A stretch of DNA of 63,413 nucleotides, counting the filler, from Chiloscyllium plagiosum (Eukaryota): assembly GCF_004010195.1 (NCBI RefSeq). It is 5 parts of one record of this genome, joined end to end, with 100 filler letters (N's around TTAATTAATTAA, not from the genome) between each part and the next. Parts side by side here need not be neighbours in the genome. Positions count along the whole stretch, not along the records: positions 49,607 to 58,173 come from NC_057716.1; positions 58,274 to 61,962 come from NC_057716.1; 3 more parts are not named here. The stretch is one strand, 5' to 3'. Of the stretch, positions 49,507 through 62,062 are shown piece by piece; position 1 is the first letter of the stretch; each line of letters opens with the position of its first letter. The translations under genes and the position numbers were made by a program. A model generated the notes under the pieces. The model saw nothing but the letters and a program-made list of their open reading frames with translations. It made no database searches and was not told the origin of the DNA.

Positions 49507-49606
49507 NNNNNNNNNNNNNNNNNNNNNNNNNNNNNNNNNNNNNNNNNNNNTTAATTAATTAANNNNNNNNNNNNNNNNNNNNNNNNNNNNNNNNNNNNNN
49601 NNNNNN
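49507..49606. other. Artificial contig linker
   Basis: N44-TTAATTAATTAA-N44. Confidence 0.97.
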
Positions 49607-49781
49607 CTGTATCACACGGAGAGTCACTGTGTACAGTTCCAGTCTCTGTATCACACGGAGAATCACTGTGTACAGTTCCAGTCTTGTATCACACTGGGAG
49701 TCACTGTGTACAGTTCCAGTCTCTGTATCACACGGAGAATCACTGTGTACAGTTCCAGTCTTGTATCACACTGGGAGTCAC
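49607..49781. repeat. Minisatellite, about 39-bp unit, about 4.5 copies visible (runs into the gap)
   Basis: CTGTATCACACGGAGAGTCACTGTGTACAGTTCCAGTCT, with two variants tending to alternate. Confidence 0.92.
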
Positions 49782-49785
49782 TTGA

Positions 49786-50092
49786 GGGAGGTGATGGCCT
49801 AATGGTATTATTGCTGAATTGTTAATCCAGTGACCCTGGTTATGTTCCAAGGACCCAGTTCAAATCCTACCCATAAAAATATGGAATTAAGAATTGAATA
49901 ATAACCATGTTGATTGTTGGAAAAATCCATCTTGTTCACTAATGTTCTTTCAGGAAGGAAATCTGCTATCCTTACCTGGTCTGGCTGACATGTGACTCTA
50001 GACTCACAGCCATGTGGTTAACTCTTATCTGCTCTCTGAGCAATTAGGGATGGGCAATAAATGTTGGCCTACCAGTGATGCTCTCTTCCCAT
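49786..50092 (+). mobile_element. tRNA-derived SINE with the tail of the Zenon-like LINE
   Basis: A-box TGGCCTAATGG, B-box AGTTCAAATCC; tail GCAATTAGGGATGGGCAATAAATGTTGGCC resembles 6027-6056. Confidence 0.7.
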
Positions 50093-51045
50093 CCACCAGC
50101 CAAGTTGAGCTTCACTTTACTGCTTGAGCAGAATTGTCACAGCTGTTTGGAATGTGTGCCTCAGAAATGTGTGGTGCAAGGGTGCTATAGGCTCAGTAGT
50201 GTTCCAAGCTTTGCGCTGACCACTGCAGTTTAAAGAGCCATTTTCCCAGTTGGAATAATAATAATAAAAAAATTGTCTGAGTGGGGTATCAGTTCACTGA
50301 ACCTATGGTCTGTAGGTTTCTTGGGAGATGTTTCATTGTACTAGATAACGGGAAGGAGTTATTCACATCAAGGCATGGATTTCAAACAAAAACAGCGTGC
50401 TTTTGGTATAGCACACATTTAAATTCTTGAAATGTCTGGCTGGCCCCACACAGGATAACTCAGTGACGTCACCAGGGAAGCCAAAGTAAGGAAAGGTAAA
50501 CTTATGCATGTTTTAACCTGCTCTTGTCCCCCACCCCTCCCTGTTGAGCATTGCTTAACTGTTTGCCGCAATATATTTCATGCAACCTTTTCATTACACA
50601 GTACCCTTCTAAAACCTCACTATCACTCCCATTAAAGAAAGATTATTCATATCCAGTTGTACATTGTACTTGTGTGTGCAGCCAGGGATGTCTGAAGAAG
50701 GCTTTTATTAATTATTTGTATGTAGTGGAGACTGACAAATGTTTGAGCTGGAATTAATTGCTATTTCTGTAAAGGATAAACACGGTGATGTGACTGCATA
50801 TGCAGTGGGCACAGGTGGTAATTTAAAAAAAAACATTCTTCCAACACAGCTGTTACCGTAGAGATCTGAACTTGACAAGAGATTTAGCTCTGTCGTAACA
50901 AAAGCAGTTCTCAGTCTCTGATCTTGCAATCCTGAATCTTTCTCCTCTGATGAGTCCTCTTCTAAGTACTAAATTATGAGAATACAATACAGAATAACTC
51001 CCCAGTTTGTTGAGAATATGGCTTTATAATTTCAATTATCTATTG

Positions 51046-51270
51046 TAGAATCATAGAGCCATACAGCATGGAAACAGACCCTTTGGTCCAAATAGTTCAC
51101 GCCCACCATATTCTCAAACTAAACTAGTCCCATTTGCCTGTATATCCCTCAAAAACTTTCCTATTCATGTACTTATCCAATTATAACCCGCGTTCACCAC
51201 TTCCTCTGGCAGTTCACTCCACATACAAACCACTGTCTGTGTAAAAAAAGGTTGCCCCTCATTCTACTTT
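51046..51270 (-). mobile_element. CR1 3' tail fragment
   Basis: CATAGAGCCATACAGCATGGAAACAGACCC reverse-complement tail. Confidence 0.75.
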
Positions 51271-52734
51271 AAAAGATTGGTAGTGAGGTAGCATTTTCAT
51301 ATTGGTGCTCAGGTTTAGTATGAATGGTGCTAGGGTCATCATCCATCACTCCAGAAAACACCCTCCACCTCACTGACTTTGGCTAGTGAAATGTCGTGAC
51401 ACAATGAGCTAATTGTCCAAGGTTTGTCAATCTCACTCAAACTGCCACTCGGGTCCTACTCTTTTCTGTTAAGATTGAACCCTGAATTTCAGACAGGAGA
51501 CTGTGATCACTGCTCCTTCAGATCCTTCAAAGTGCAAGATATTAAGAGAGATCAAACCTCACCACCTATTTAAAAGCAAAAGTAATTGTATTCTGTCATT
51601 TAAATGTCCATGAGCACAAGGCAACATTTTGATAGCTCAATTTAAAAGGTATGTTTAATCAGTAAATACAACTTTAGGGTGCCATGTGTCTGATGTCCCA
51701 GGATGTAAGAGGTAGGTGGGTGCCAGGTAACTGATGGAGTGTAGTGATACTTTGCAGTGGGGATGGGCATCTTGTCCGGAAAGCAAGGAGAGGGGTTCTC
51801 GGGTCTGGGTGTGGAGGAGGGTTATGTTGATCTTGGTGTGAGGGCAGAGGTGGGGTGTCAGGTCCTGAGGGGAGAGGGAGTTGTTGGCTCTATCAGTGGG
51901 GCAGGAGGTCGAGAGAAGCCGATTCAGGTTCCAATGAGTGTGAGGGGTCCGGGGAGGTGCAGTAGGATTTGGTGAATGGACAGTCAGGGTTGGGGTTCAT
52001 TGTCACACAGGCAATCAACTTGGTTTTAATCTTTTAACTTTTCCTCTGTGACAGTTAACAGCCGATGAACCTTCTGAAGTCTGATTACAATTGATACTTT
52101 TGGAGAGTTGTAAGCACAGGGAAATTACCCATCAGAGTCTTCAACTTCCTGGGACATCCCTCATAATCTATTATTTCGGGGATACTACAAGGTCCTGATG
52201 CACAACACCTGTCTACACTGCAAAATTGGCTATTTGGCCATTGAAAACTCCAGGGGATTAGTTTGCCTTTTGAATTAATAGTAACAGATATTTTACACCA
52301 AATATTTATACACAACATGATGCGTTGATCATTAACCAATGATTGATTCACTGAAACACTTTCCTGTTCAAGCAGTTGATAGCCTTTTGAAAAATGGTAG
52401 TCAATGATTCATTGAACCTATGGAAATCTTATCACTCAATAAAATTTATGTAGCTCTCCTTCACTGATGATCTGAACTTATTGGGAATGCAAAGAACTGG
52501 CTGGATTGAGAAACTGATGCAGAAGTAACTTGTTAGGACTGATGTACAGCTGATCCACTAGCACATCTGAAATTATCTCCTCATACAACAACCCTTAAGG
52601 ACAAAAGTTAAGGGCTGTGGCTAGTTTTTGTCATTATATTTGGTGTGTAGAAGTAGCCTGTGTGAGCAAGCATGTGGGTTTACTCACTCTGCCGGGAGGC
52701 CAAACCACCTCATGCTTACTCATTGTTGAACTTT

Positions 52735-53930
52735 TGATTAAAGTCAGAAGTCACACAATGCCAGGTTATAGTCCAACAGGTTTATTTAATTTCACCCCTT
52801 CATCAGGTGAAGTGCAAGGGAAGCAGACAGAACACATAGAATTTATGACCAGAGAGATCAAGGGCAAAGAGATCAGAAGATCATACAAATGGTGTGAGTT
52901 GAGTGTCGAACAATAAATCTGTATAGGTGACCAAGGGTGTTAGACAGTATGAGTAAAGTAGGAGAAAGTGAGGACTGCAGATGCTGGAGATCAGAGTCGA
53001 GAGTGCGGTGCTGGAAAAGCACAGCAGGTCTGGGAGCATCTGAGGAGCAGGAGAATCAACGTTTGAGACAAAAGCCCTTCATCAGGAATGAGACCTCACT
53101 CCTGATGAAGGGCTTTTGCCCCAAACATCGATTCCCCTGCTCCTTGGACGCTGCCTGCTTTTCCAGCACCGCATTCTCAGTGTGAGTAAAGTATCAATAG
53201 CAGAATAAAAACCGAAGGGATGGTCTATAATCCAATTAAATGAGACAGAGAGATACAAAAAACACTTTAAAATAAGGTGGTGCTGAAGACACGCCAAATG
53301 ACTGGAGTAACATGGAACAAAAACAGAAGTTGCTGGAAAAGCCCAAGAGTCCAGTGGCATCTGTAAAGAAAATCAGAGGAAGGATCACTGGAGCCGAAAC
53401 ATTAACTGTGATTCTTCTTCACAGATGCCACCAGACACCCCGCTCCCACAACTTGCGCCCTGGCAACCCCTGCCCTTGCTCCTGATTTACAATATCGGCA
53501 GTTCTTTCGGTTTTTATTTGACAGGAATGACATGATAGGCATATGAGTCACATGCTGAGGGTCTAACCCAAATAATAAGTAATCCAAAACTACACAAACT
53601 GTCTCATTTAATGGATTATAGGTCATTCCTTCAGTTGTCATTCAGCTATTAACACTTTACTCACACCGTCTAACATCCTTGGTCACCTTGGTCACAAACT
53701 AATTATTTGATACTCCACTCACACCATTTGGATGATCTTCTGATCTCTCTACCCTTGATCTCTCTGGTTCTAAATTCTGTGTTCTGTGTGCTTCCCTCAC
53801 ACTTCACCTGATGAAAGGGCTAAGCTCTGAAAGCTTGATATTTCAAAAAAAACCTGTTGGATTATAACTTGGCGTCATGTGATTTCTGACTTTGTCCTCC
53901 CCATTCTAACACAGGCATCTCCACAACATG
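52735..53930. mobile_element. Large PLE foldback (inverted pseudo-LTRs) with two further PLE tails nested inside
   Basis: 52740-53247 (minus the insert) is reverse-complementary to 53598-53893; hammerhead core CTGATGA-A-AGGGC-TAA-GCTCT-GAAA-GCTT at 53808-53836. Confidence 0.75.
52961..53177. mobile_element. Palindromic PLE-tail mini-insertion with two back-to-back decayed hammerhead cores, 16-bp TSD
   Basis: CAGTATGAGTAAAGTA at 52945-52960 and CAGTGTGAGTAAAGTA at 53178-53193; centre AAAAGCCCTTCATCAGGA..TCCTGATGAAGGGCTTTT. Confidence 0.85.
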
Positions 53931-53984
53931 AAGTTCTGATCGGAATATATTGCTTAGGTAGATGGGTATGTGTGAATCAATAAC

Positions 53985-54382
53985 GTGTCCTCAGGTGCTA
54001 AAGGAGTCCTTATCCCCATAGAGCTCCTGTTCTGCTGCTTTCGTATCAGAAGAGGACTCACAGTGAGTGCCCAGGGGTCCATTGTGAATTATTGTAGTAA
54101 ATTCCATACAAAGAACCATAGCAATAGTCTCATGCTGAATTTTGAAAAGTATCAAAATTATTGATTCAACCACAGCAGAGAGCCTTCATCAATATTTCTG
54201 CCCTTTTGTTTTTGTGTTCATTAATACTTTATCATATATGGGAGCTGGCTGAGTGCATATCTGTGGTTTGTTTCCTGCATTACAACACTGATCACAGTTC
54301 AAAAAAGATCTCATCGTCTGTAAAGCACATTGTGACATCTGGTATTCACAAAAGTCTAGGTATAAGCAAGTACTTCTTTCTT
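53985..54382 (+). mobile_element. Deu-domain SINE 3' part, degenerate
   Basis: TGTTTCCTGCATTACAACACTGA...CTGTAAAGCACATTGTGACATC...GCAAGTACTTCTTT resembles the recalled DeuSINE tail. Confidence 0.5.
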
Positions 54383-55804
54383 TCGATTATACCTCTTGCA
54401 CAGGCCTGTTTTGAGGTATGCACTGGGTAGTCATGGAAATAAATACCAATATCAAAGGACCATTTAAATTCAGTGCAGTGGAAGAACTTACGTGCATTGG
54501 AGAAATCTTGAAACATTGTTTACAGTAGGGAATTCAGCAATGATTCAGCAATCCCATTTTGTTTCATCCACTGAAAATCCATCACAGAACAGGAGATATT
54601 TAAGAGGAAATCCGAGGCCAATACATTGAACAGATGGAGATTGCAGTGGCATTGTAATAAAATGAGATATTACAATATCCTGGACCAAAGAACCTTCACT
54701 CTCCTGCGCACCACTATGAGCAGGTGTTAAGGCCAGACCAAATGGCAAGACAAGGGGTTAATACAGACCATTATCACATTGCCCCTACCAGATGGTTAGA
54801 ACCATCTATAGATGAATTGGCAGAGAGCCAGGAATAGGTTATAATTTGGACAGGGTGATTTGAAAAGCAAAACATTGGAAGGCAAAACGGGAAAATATCT
54901 TTAGCTACACTACACCTTGGCTCTCTATGTGCTTGTTGGAACAGGAATATATTTTTCTTTTTACTTTCAAATTTATATATGAATGCTTTAATCAAATTGG
55001 AATTATCCTTCCTTTGCTAAATTTCTTTGGAAGTACAAACACAGGTTAGCTCTGTCCATACCAGAAATCAGTTCTTGGTTACATCATCGAAATACCTCCC
55101 CATCCACATTTTGCTTATCTAACTTAGTTAGTTAATATTTAAACAAGGAACAGTTAGGTTTAATGAGAATTGCTTGATGATAATGGATAGCAAAACCTTA
55201 TCTAAATAATAGACTGATGAAATAAGACATTTAAGGTGAGGTAAAATGGGTAGATTGGCATTTCTTCTTCATTGTTTTAAGATTTGTAGATTCCTGTAAT
55301 CTTGCAATATGCAAAAATAAGAAAACACTTTGGGCTTATTCCATCATTATTCTTACCAATGAGGTCGACAGTCAGTCTCAACATGCATTATGTGTAAGGT
55401 AATACCAATCCATACAAAGTTACTCCAGTTTTATTGTGATGTTAATTCCTATGTTTTCTGAAGGTTATCCATGATATACAGATGGCCATTTTAAGTCACA
55501 AGAGAAGGTTTCAATAAACAATAATCAAAGTTGAATGCTACTTCCTTTTTACAGCTCAATACACGATTAATTAACTTTGAAGTGTTTGACTGCACCCTGC
55601 ACACAAAGGTAACATGGCCAAACTACATCAGCAACATCACTCAAACAGCAGGATTAGTGTCCAATTAATCTCTGCACATCTCTTTTAGCAAGAACAAAAG
55701 TACAGATGTATTTGGACTTTGGATTTAATACTTAAAGTAAGCCAGCAAAAAAAAGGGAAATCGTCTTTGCAGAGTTGTAAAAATACATGATAGTATTAGA
55801 AACT

Positions 55805-57725
55805 CAGAACCATGAAGTGCTATGATATAGAACGAGGCAATTTGTTCTGTCATGTCCATGCCAGCTATTTGAAAGCACCTTTTAATTATTTCCATTCACA
55901 TGCACTTTTCTCTATAGCCCTGCAATTTTTCCACTTTAGGTATTAATCCAATTGATTTCTAAAGGTTATTATTGAACATGCTTCCATTACCCTTTCAGAT
56001 AGTGCATTCCAGATCAAAACAACACTCTGGTTAAAATATGATTTATCTTGTTACTTTTAGTTCCTTTACATTAGATATGTGTCCTCTGGTCAACAGCCAT
56101 TCTACAACTGGAAACTGTTGCCCTTAATTTACTCCCTCAAAACTCTTGCGTTTCAATACCAATATCATCTGGGATGTAAGGTTTATTATATTTATGTAAA
56201 TTATGTATTTTTAAGTTTGATTGTTTGATTTTGCAATAGTGACATCTGAGTTTTTCTGTGTGTCTGGAAGGTTTAAGGATTAACTTATAAGGACATGTCA
56301 TTCTGATATAAAGTGTGTTTTTTAATGCAAATTCACTATAACATGATTGATGAATTGGGGATACTGTTTCTAAAGTGTGAACTTTTAAAGCTTGTATTGG
56401 TTATAAAGTAATTCTAGTCCCATTAGTTTACAGGGTGCTGCTATTACGTGATTTTCTTTTAACATGGGTTGAACGAGCACGGAACTACTGTGTTATAGCA
56501 GAACCAACTGTATTTCCATAGCCATAATGATTTCTTATGAAACAAATTGATAAGTAGCATCTTCTAGATGAATGGGCTTTTGTATATATTAGGAGATTTT
56601 AAAAAAGAGCAAGGTAAACAATTGTGCTTGAGGATTCCCATTAGAAATTTCAGTGATTGTCTCTTTTAAGTTTAGAGAAAACATCCATAGTTTGAAAATC
56701 AGTGTTTTTGTTTGAGACTGTGGCAGTTCTGCAGAAGTCCTTGGATAAAGATGAATGTAAAAACAGTACTCCTGAGAAATGGGAAGGTGGCAAAAATAGA
56801 TTACCTTAGAGAATGGAACTTAGCAATAGTTCCTTGCAGAATTGTTTTACTAAAACTCCACAAAGGTTGTTGGAGGCTGAGAATGTTTAAGTTCAGGCAT
56901 ATAACAGCTCCAGAAAAAGGCAATCAGATTTTATAGATTGAGAGTTAAGTCACAGTTAAATTAAACTATGGAGATGTAAGAGAAAGGAATTATTCTCTGG
57001 TGTAAGTTCTACACAATTGGCATTTTTAAGTGCTTCACAGGTTGTTTTGGGGATTTGTAATATAGTTTTTTTTAGATTAATGGGGCTATATTTTACCATG
57101 TTGGTAAATTATTTCAAGTTTTCCAAAACTGTGTTGAATGGAAATAGTTTGATTTTATTCAATTTTACCTTCATGTCTTTTGTGACATAACCTCTGTTAT
57201 ATTGGTAAAACCCAATCTGCAACATTGTTTCCGCCTGTTTCACTTAGAGACCATCTCATTTATACCAAAACAAACTCAACAATGATTTACCAAGTCCAGA
57301 TTCTGACTTGTCCTGTAAGAACATCAGCTGAGATAGAATACAGGTCTCCTCTTGCCCTACTCTGCTCTAAGGAGAACAACACCAACATTTTCAAGTCTCT
57401 TCAGAAAAAAAAATCTTTCATCACTGGTACTGTTTCAATAAATCCTGTCTGAACACTTCCCATTGACATTTTCCTAAAGAATGCTGGCTAGAATTTGACA
57501 CAATACTCTAACTGGGGCCTAATCAGTATTATCCATAAGCTGAGCATAAACTCCTTGTTTTTGAGTCATTTATTTATGTGTGTTAGGCCAGGAATTTTTA
57601 ACCTTTTCACTTGTTTCTCCAGAGTCTGTGTTTAGGTATGTTTTCAATTTATCAGACTCCCTACCTTCTTTACAGTTGTGCCATTTATTTTGTATTGCCT
57701 TTTTCTTTCTTCTAAAATACTGAGC
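55805..57725 (-). mobile_element. Old CR1 3' end (55805-56160 and 57340-57725) split by an AT-rich, possibly LTR-like insert (about 56170-57340)
   Basis: CR1 tail and C-terminal motifs on both sides; the insert starts near TGTAAGG and ends near ...AATACA, without ORF. Confidence 0.45.
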
Positions 57726-57730
57726 AATTC

Positions 57731-58085
57731 TCGGCACGGTGGCTCGGTGGTAAGCACTGCTGCCTCACAGTGCCAGGGACCCGGGTATGATTCCAACCTC
57801 GGGCGACTTCTGTGTGGAGTTTGCACATTTTCACTGTGTGTGCGTGGGTTTCCTCCGAGTGTACAAGTTTCCTCCCACAATCCAAAGATGTGCAGGTTAG
57901 GTGAATTGGCCATGCTAAATTGCCCAGATTGTTCAGGGATGAGTTAGGTGTATGAGTCAGGGGTAAATATCAGATAATAGGGTAGGGGAATGGGTCAGCG
58001 TGGGTTACTCTTTGGAGGGTCGTTGTGGACTTGTTGGGCCAAAGGGCCTGTTTACACACTGTAGGGATTCTATGATCTATGATTC
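57731..58085 (+). mobile_element. HE1 V-SINE
   Basis: GGCACGGTGGCTCGGTGG head, V-domain, GATTCTAT-type tail. Confidence 0.9.
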
Positions 58086-58173
58086 TGGGACCTCTATAAA
58101 CAGGATGGTCTACACCTGAACCTGAGGGGAACCAGTATCCTTGGGGGGAGGTTTGCTAGTGCTCTTGGGGGGG

Positions 58174-58273
58174 NNNNNNNNNNNNNNNNNNNNNNNNNNN
58201 NNNNNNNNNNNNNNNNNTTAATTAATTAANNNNNNNNNNNNNNNNNNNNNNNNNNNNNNNNNNNNNNNNNNNN
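58174..58273. other. Artificial contig linker
   Basis: N44-TTAATTAATTAA-N44. Confidence 0.97.
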
Positions 58274-61200
58274 CCCCATTCCCACACTGGGCCCCTGACC
58301 CCGTTCCCACACCGGGCCACTGTCCCCGTTCCCACATCAGGCCCCTGCCCCCGTTCCCACACCGGGCCCCTGCCCCTGTTCCCACACTGGGCCCTTGCCC
58401 CTGTTCTCACTCTCATCTCTTGCCCCTGTTCCCACACCGGGCCCCTGCCCCTGTTCCCACACCGGGCCCCTGCCCCTGTTCCCACACCGGGCCCCTGCCC
58501 CTGTTCCCACACCGGGCCCCTGCCCCTGTTCCCACACCGGGCCCCTGCCCCTGTTCCCACACCGGGCCCCTGCCCCTGTTCCCACACCGGGCCCCTGCCC
58601 CTGTTCCCACACCGGGCCCCTGCCCCTGTTCCCACACCGGGCCCCTGCCCCTGTTCCCACACCGGGCCCCTGCCCCTGTTCCCACACCGGGCCCCTGCCC
58701 CTGTTCCCACACCGGGCCCCTGCCCCTGTTCCCACACCGGGCCCCTGCCCCTGTTCCCACACCGGGCCCCTGCCCCTGTTCCCACACCGGGCCCCTGCCC
58801 CTGTTCCCACACCGGGCCCCTGCCCCTGTTCCCACACCGGGCCCCTGCCCCTGTTCCCACACCGGGCCCCTGCCCCTGTTCCCACACCGGGCCCCTGCCC
58901 CTGTTCCCACACCGGGCCCCTGCCCCTGTTCCCACACCGGGCCCCTGCCCCTGTTCCCACACCGGGCCCCTGCCCCTGTTTCCACACCGGGGCCCTGCCC
59001 CTGTTCCCACACCGGGCCCCTGTTCCCGTTCCCACACCGGGCCCCTGTTCCCGTTCACACACTGGGCCCCTGTCACTGGGCCCTTGCCCCTGTTCTCACT
59101 CTCGTCTCTTGCCCCTGTTCCCACACCGGGACCCTGCTCCTGTTCCACACCTGGCCCCTGCCCCTTTTTCAACACTGGGCCCCTGCCCCCGTTCCCACAG
59201 AGGCCCCTGCCCCCAATCCCACACTGGGACCCTGCCCCTGTTCCCACACCAGGCCACTGCCCCTGTTCTCACAACAGGCCCCTGCCCCTGTTCCCACTCT
59301 GGTCCCCTGCCCCTGTTCCCACACTGGTCCCCTGCCTCCGTTCCCACACCAGGCCACTGCCCTTATTCCTACACGGGGCCCCTGCGCCTGTTCCAACACC
59401 AGGCCCCTGCCCCTGTTCCCACACTGGTCACTGCCCCTGTTCCCACACTGGTCCCCGCCCCTGTTCCCACACTGGTCCCATGCCCCCGTTCCCACACCGG
59501 GCCCCTGCCCCTATTCATACATGGCGCCCCTGTCACTGGACCCCTGCCCCCATTCCCACACTGGGGCCCTGCCCCTGTTCCCACACCTGGCCCCTGCCCC
59601 TGTTCCCACACCGGGCCCCTGACCCCATTCCCACACTGGGCCCCTGACCCCGTTCCCACACCGGGCCACTGTCCCCGTTCCCACATCAGGCCCCTGCCCC
59701 TGTTCCCACACTGGGCCCCTGCCCCCATTCCCACACTGGGCCCCTGTCCCCGCTCCCACACGAGGCTCCTGTCCCACTTCCCACACCGGGCCCCTGATCC
59801 CGTTCACACACTGGGCCCCTGTCACTGGGCCCCTGCTCCTGTTCTCACTCGCGTCTCTTGCCCCTGTTCCCACACCGGGCCCATGCCCTGTTCCACACCT
59901 GGCCCCTGTCCCTGTTTCAACACTGGGCCCCTGCCCCCGTTCCCACAGCGGCCCCTGCCCCCAATCCCACACTGGGCCCCTGCCTCTGTTCCCACACTGG
60001 GCCCCTGCCTCTGTTCCCACACTGGGCCCCTGCCCCTGTTCCCACACTTGGCCCCTGCCCCCGTTCCCACACCGGGCCCTTGTCCCCGCTCCCACACCAG
60101 GCTCCTGTCCCCATTCCCACACCGGGCCCCTGTTCCCGTTCACACACTGGGCCCTGTCACTGGGCCCCTGCCCCTGTTCTCACTTGCGTCTCTTGCCCCT
60201 GTTCCCACACCGGGCCCCTGCCCCTGTTCCATACCTGGCCCCTGCCCCTGTTTCAACACTGGGCCCCTGCCCCTGTTCCCACACCTGGCCCCTGCCCCTG
60301 TTCCCACACTGGGCCCCTGCCATCATTCCCACACTGGGCTGCTGTCCCTGTTCCCTGTTCCCACACCAGTCCCCTGCCCCCTTTCCCACACTAGGCCCCT
60401 GCCCCCATTCCCACACCAGTCCACTGTCTGTGTTCTCACACTGGGCCCCTGCGCCCATTCCCACACCTGGCCCCTGCCCCTGTTCCCACACTGGGCCCCT
60501 GCCATCATTCCCACACTGGGCTGCTGTCCCTGTTCCCACACCAGTCCCCTGCCCCCTTTCCCACACTAGGCCCCTGCCCCCATTCCCACACCAGTCCACT
60601 GCCTGTGTTCCCACACCGGGCCGCTGCCCCCTTTCCCACACTGGCCGACTGCCCCTGTTCCCACACCGGTCCCCTGCCCCCTTTCCCACACTAGGCCCCT
60701 GCTCCCATTCCCACACCGGGCCCCTGCCCCTGTTCCAACACCGTGGCACTTGTCCCCCATTCCCACACCGTGCACCCGCCCCCGTTCCCACACTAGGCTG
60801 CTGCCCATATTCCCACACAGGGCCCCGACCACCATTCCCACACTGGGACCCTGTCCCCGTTCCCACAATGGGACCCTGCCCCTGTTCCCACACCAGACTG
60901 CTGCCCTTGATCCCACACCAGGCCACTATCCCTGTTCCCACACTGGGCCCCTGCTCCCATTCCCACACCGGGCCCCTGCCCCTGTTGCAACTCTGGGCCC
61001 CTGCCCCTGTTTCAACACCGGGCCTCTGCCCCTGTTCCAACACTGGGCCCCTGCGCCCATTTCCACACTGGGCCCCTGGTGCCATTCTCACACCAGTCCG
61101 CTGCCTGTGTCCCCACACTAGGCCCCTGCTCCCATTCCCACACAGGGTCCCTACCCCTGTTCCAACACTGTGGCACTTGTCGCCCACTCCCACACCTGGG

Positions 61201-61488
61201 CCCCCACCTCCGTTCCCACACTAGGCTGCTGCCCATATTCCAACACAGGGCCCATACCCCAATTCTCACACTGGGACCCTGTCCCTGTTCCCACAATGGG
61301 ACCCTGCCCCTTTTCCCACACCAGGCTGCTGCCCTTGATCCCACACCAGGCCACTAGCCCTGTTCCCACATTGGGCCCCTGCCCCTGTTCCCACATTGGG
61401 CCCCTGCCCCTGTTCCCACACTGGGCCCCTGCCCCTGTTCCCACACTGGGCCCCTGCCCCCGTTCGCACACTGGGCCCCTGTCCCTGT
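58274..61488. repeat. 25-bp C-rich minisatellite/satellite (GCCCCTGCCCCTGTTCCCACACCGG), about 3.2 kb
   Basis: About 22 perfect copies at about 58430-58980; diverged copies with higher-order blocks beyond. Confidence 0.97.
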
Positions 61489-61714
61489 TAAGGGGGGGTA
61501 GATATAGGACTGATGTTAGGGGTAGGTTCTTCACTCAGCGAGTCGTTAGTTCATGGAATGCCCTGCCAGTAACAGTGGTGGACTCTCCCTCTTTATGGGC
61601 ATTTAAGAGGGCATTGGATAGGTATATGGAGGATAGTGGGTTAGTGTAGTTTAGGTGGGCTTGGATCGGCGCAACATCGAGGGCCCAAGCCTGTACTGCG
61701 CTGTATTCTTCTAT
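61489..61714 (+). mobile_element. CR1 3' end
   Basis: RGGRYRTDVRGRFFTQRVVSSWNALP motif and tail. Confidence 0.88.
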
Positions 61715-61962
61715 AAAGCTTCAGAAGTGAATCCCTGCTTTTGTATTCTCGTCTTCAAGATTAATGACAACATTGCTAGTGCCTTCTAACTACTCAGTTT
61801 GCAAGTTTACCTTAAGAGAAACGTGGACGAGAACTCCCAAGTTCCTTCCCATTTAGATTTCAGAATTTTCTCCAATTTAGAAAATGGCTCATGCCTCTAT
61901 TCATCCTCCCAAAGTGCATGACTTCACACTTTCCCCACGTTGTATTTCATCTGCCACTTCTT

Positions 61963-62062
61963 NNNNNNNNNNNNNNNNNNNNNNNNNNNNNNNNNNNNNN
62001 NNNNNNTTAATTAATTAANNNNNNNNNNNNNNNNNNNNNNNNNNNNNNNNNNNNNNNNNNNN
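61963..62062. other. Artificial contig linker
   Basis: N44-TTAATTAATTAA-N44. Confidence 0.97.

Noticed and set aside
50100..52350. Possible DNA-transposon or MITE-like repeats (also 6460-6850 and 18350-18900)
   Set aside because: They look repetitive, but I could not define TIRs, TSDs or transposase motifs.
58222..61649. Long ORFs (up to 724 aa) rich in Pro/Gly/Cys/His on both strands
   Set aside because: They follow from a stop-free 25-bp tandem unit read in rotating frames; there is no evidence of a gene.
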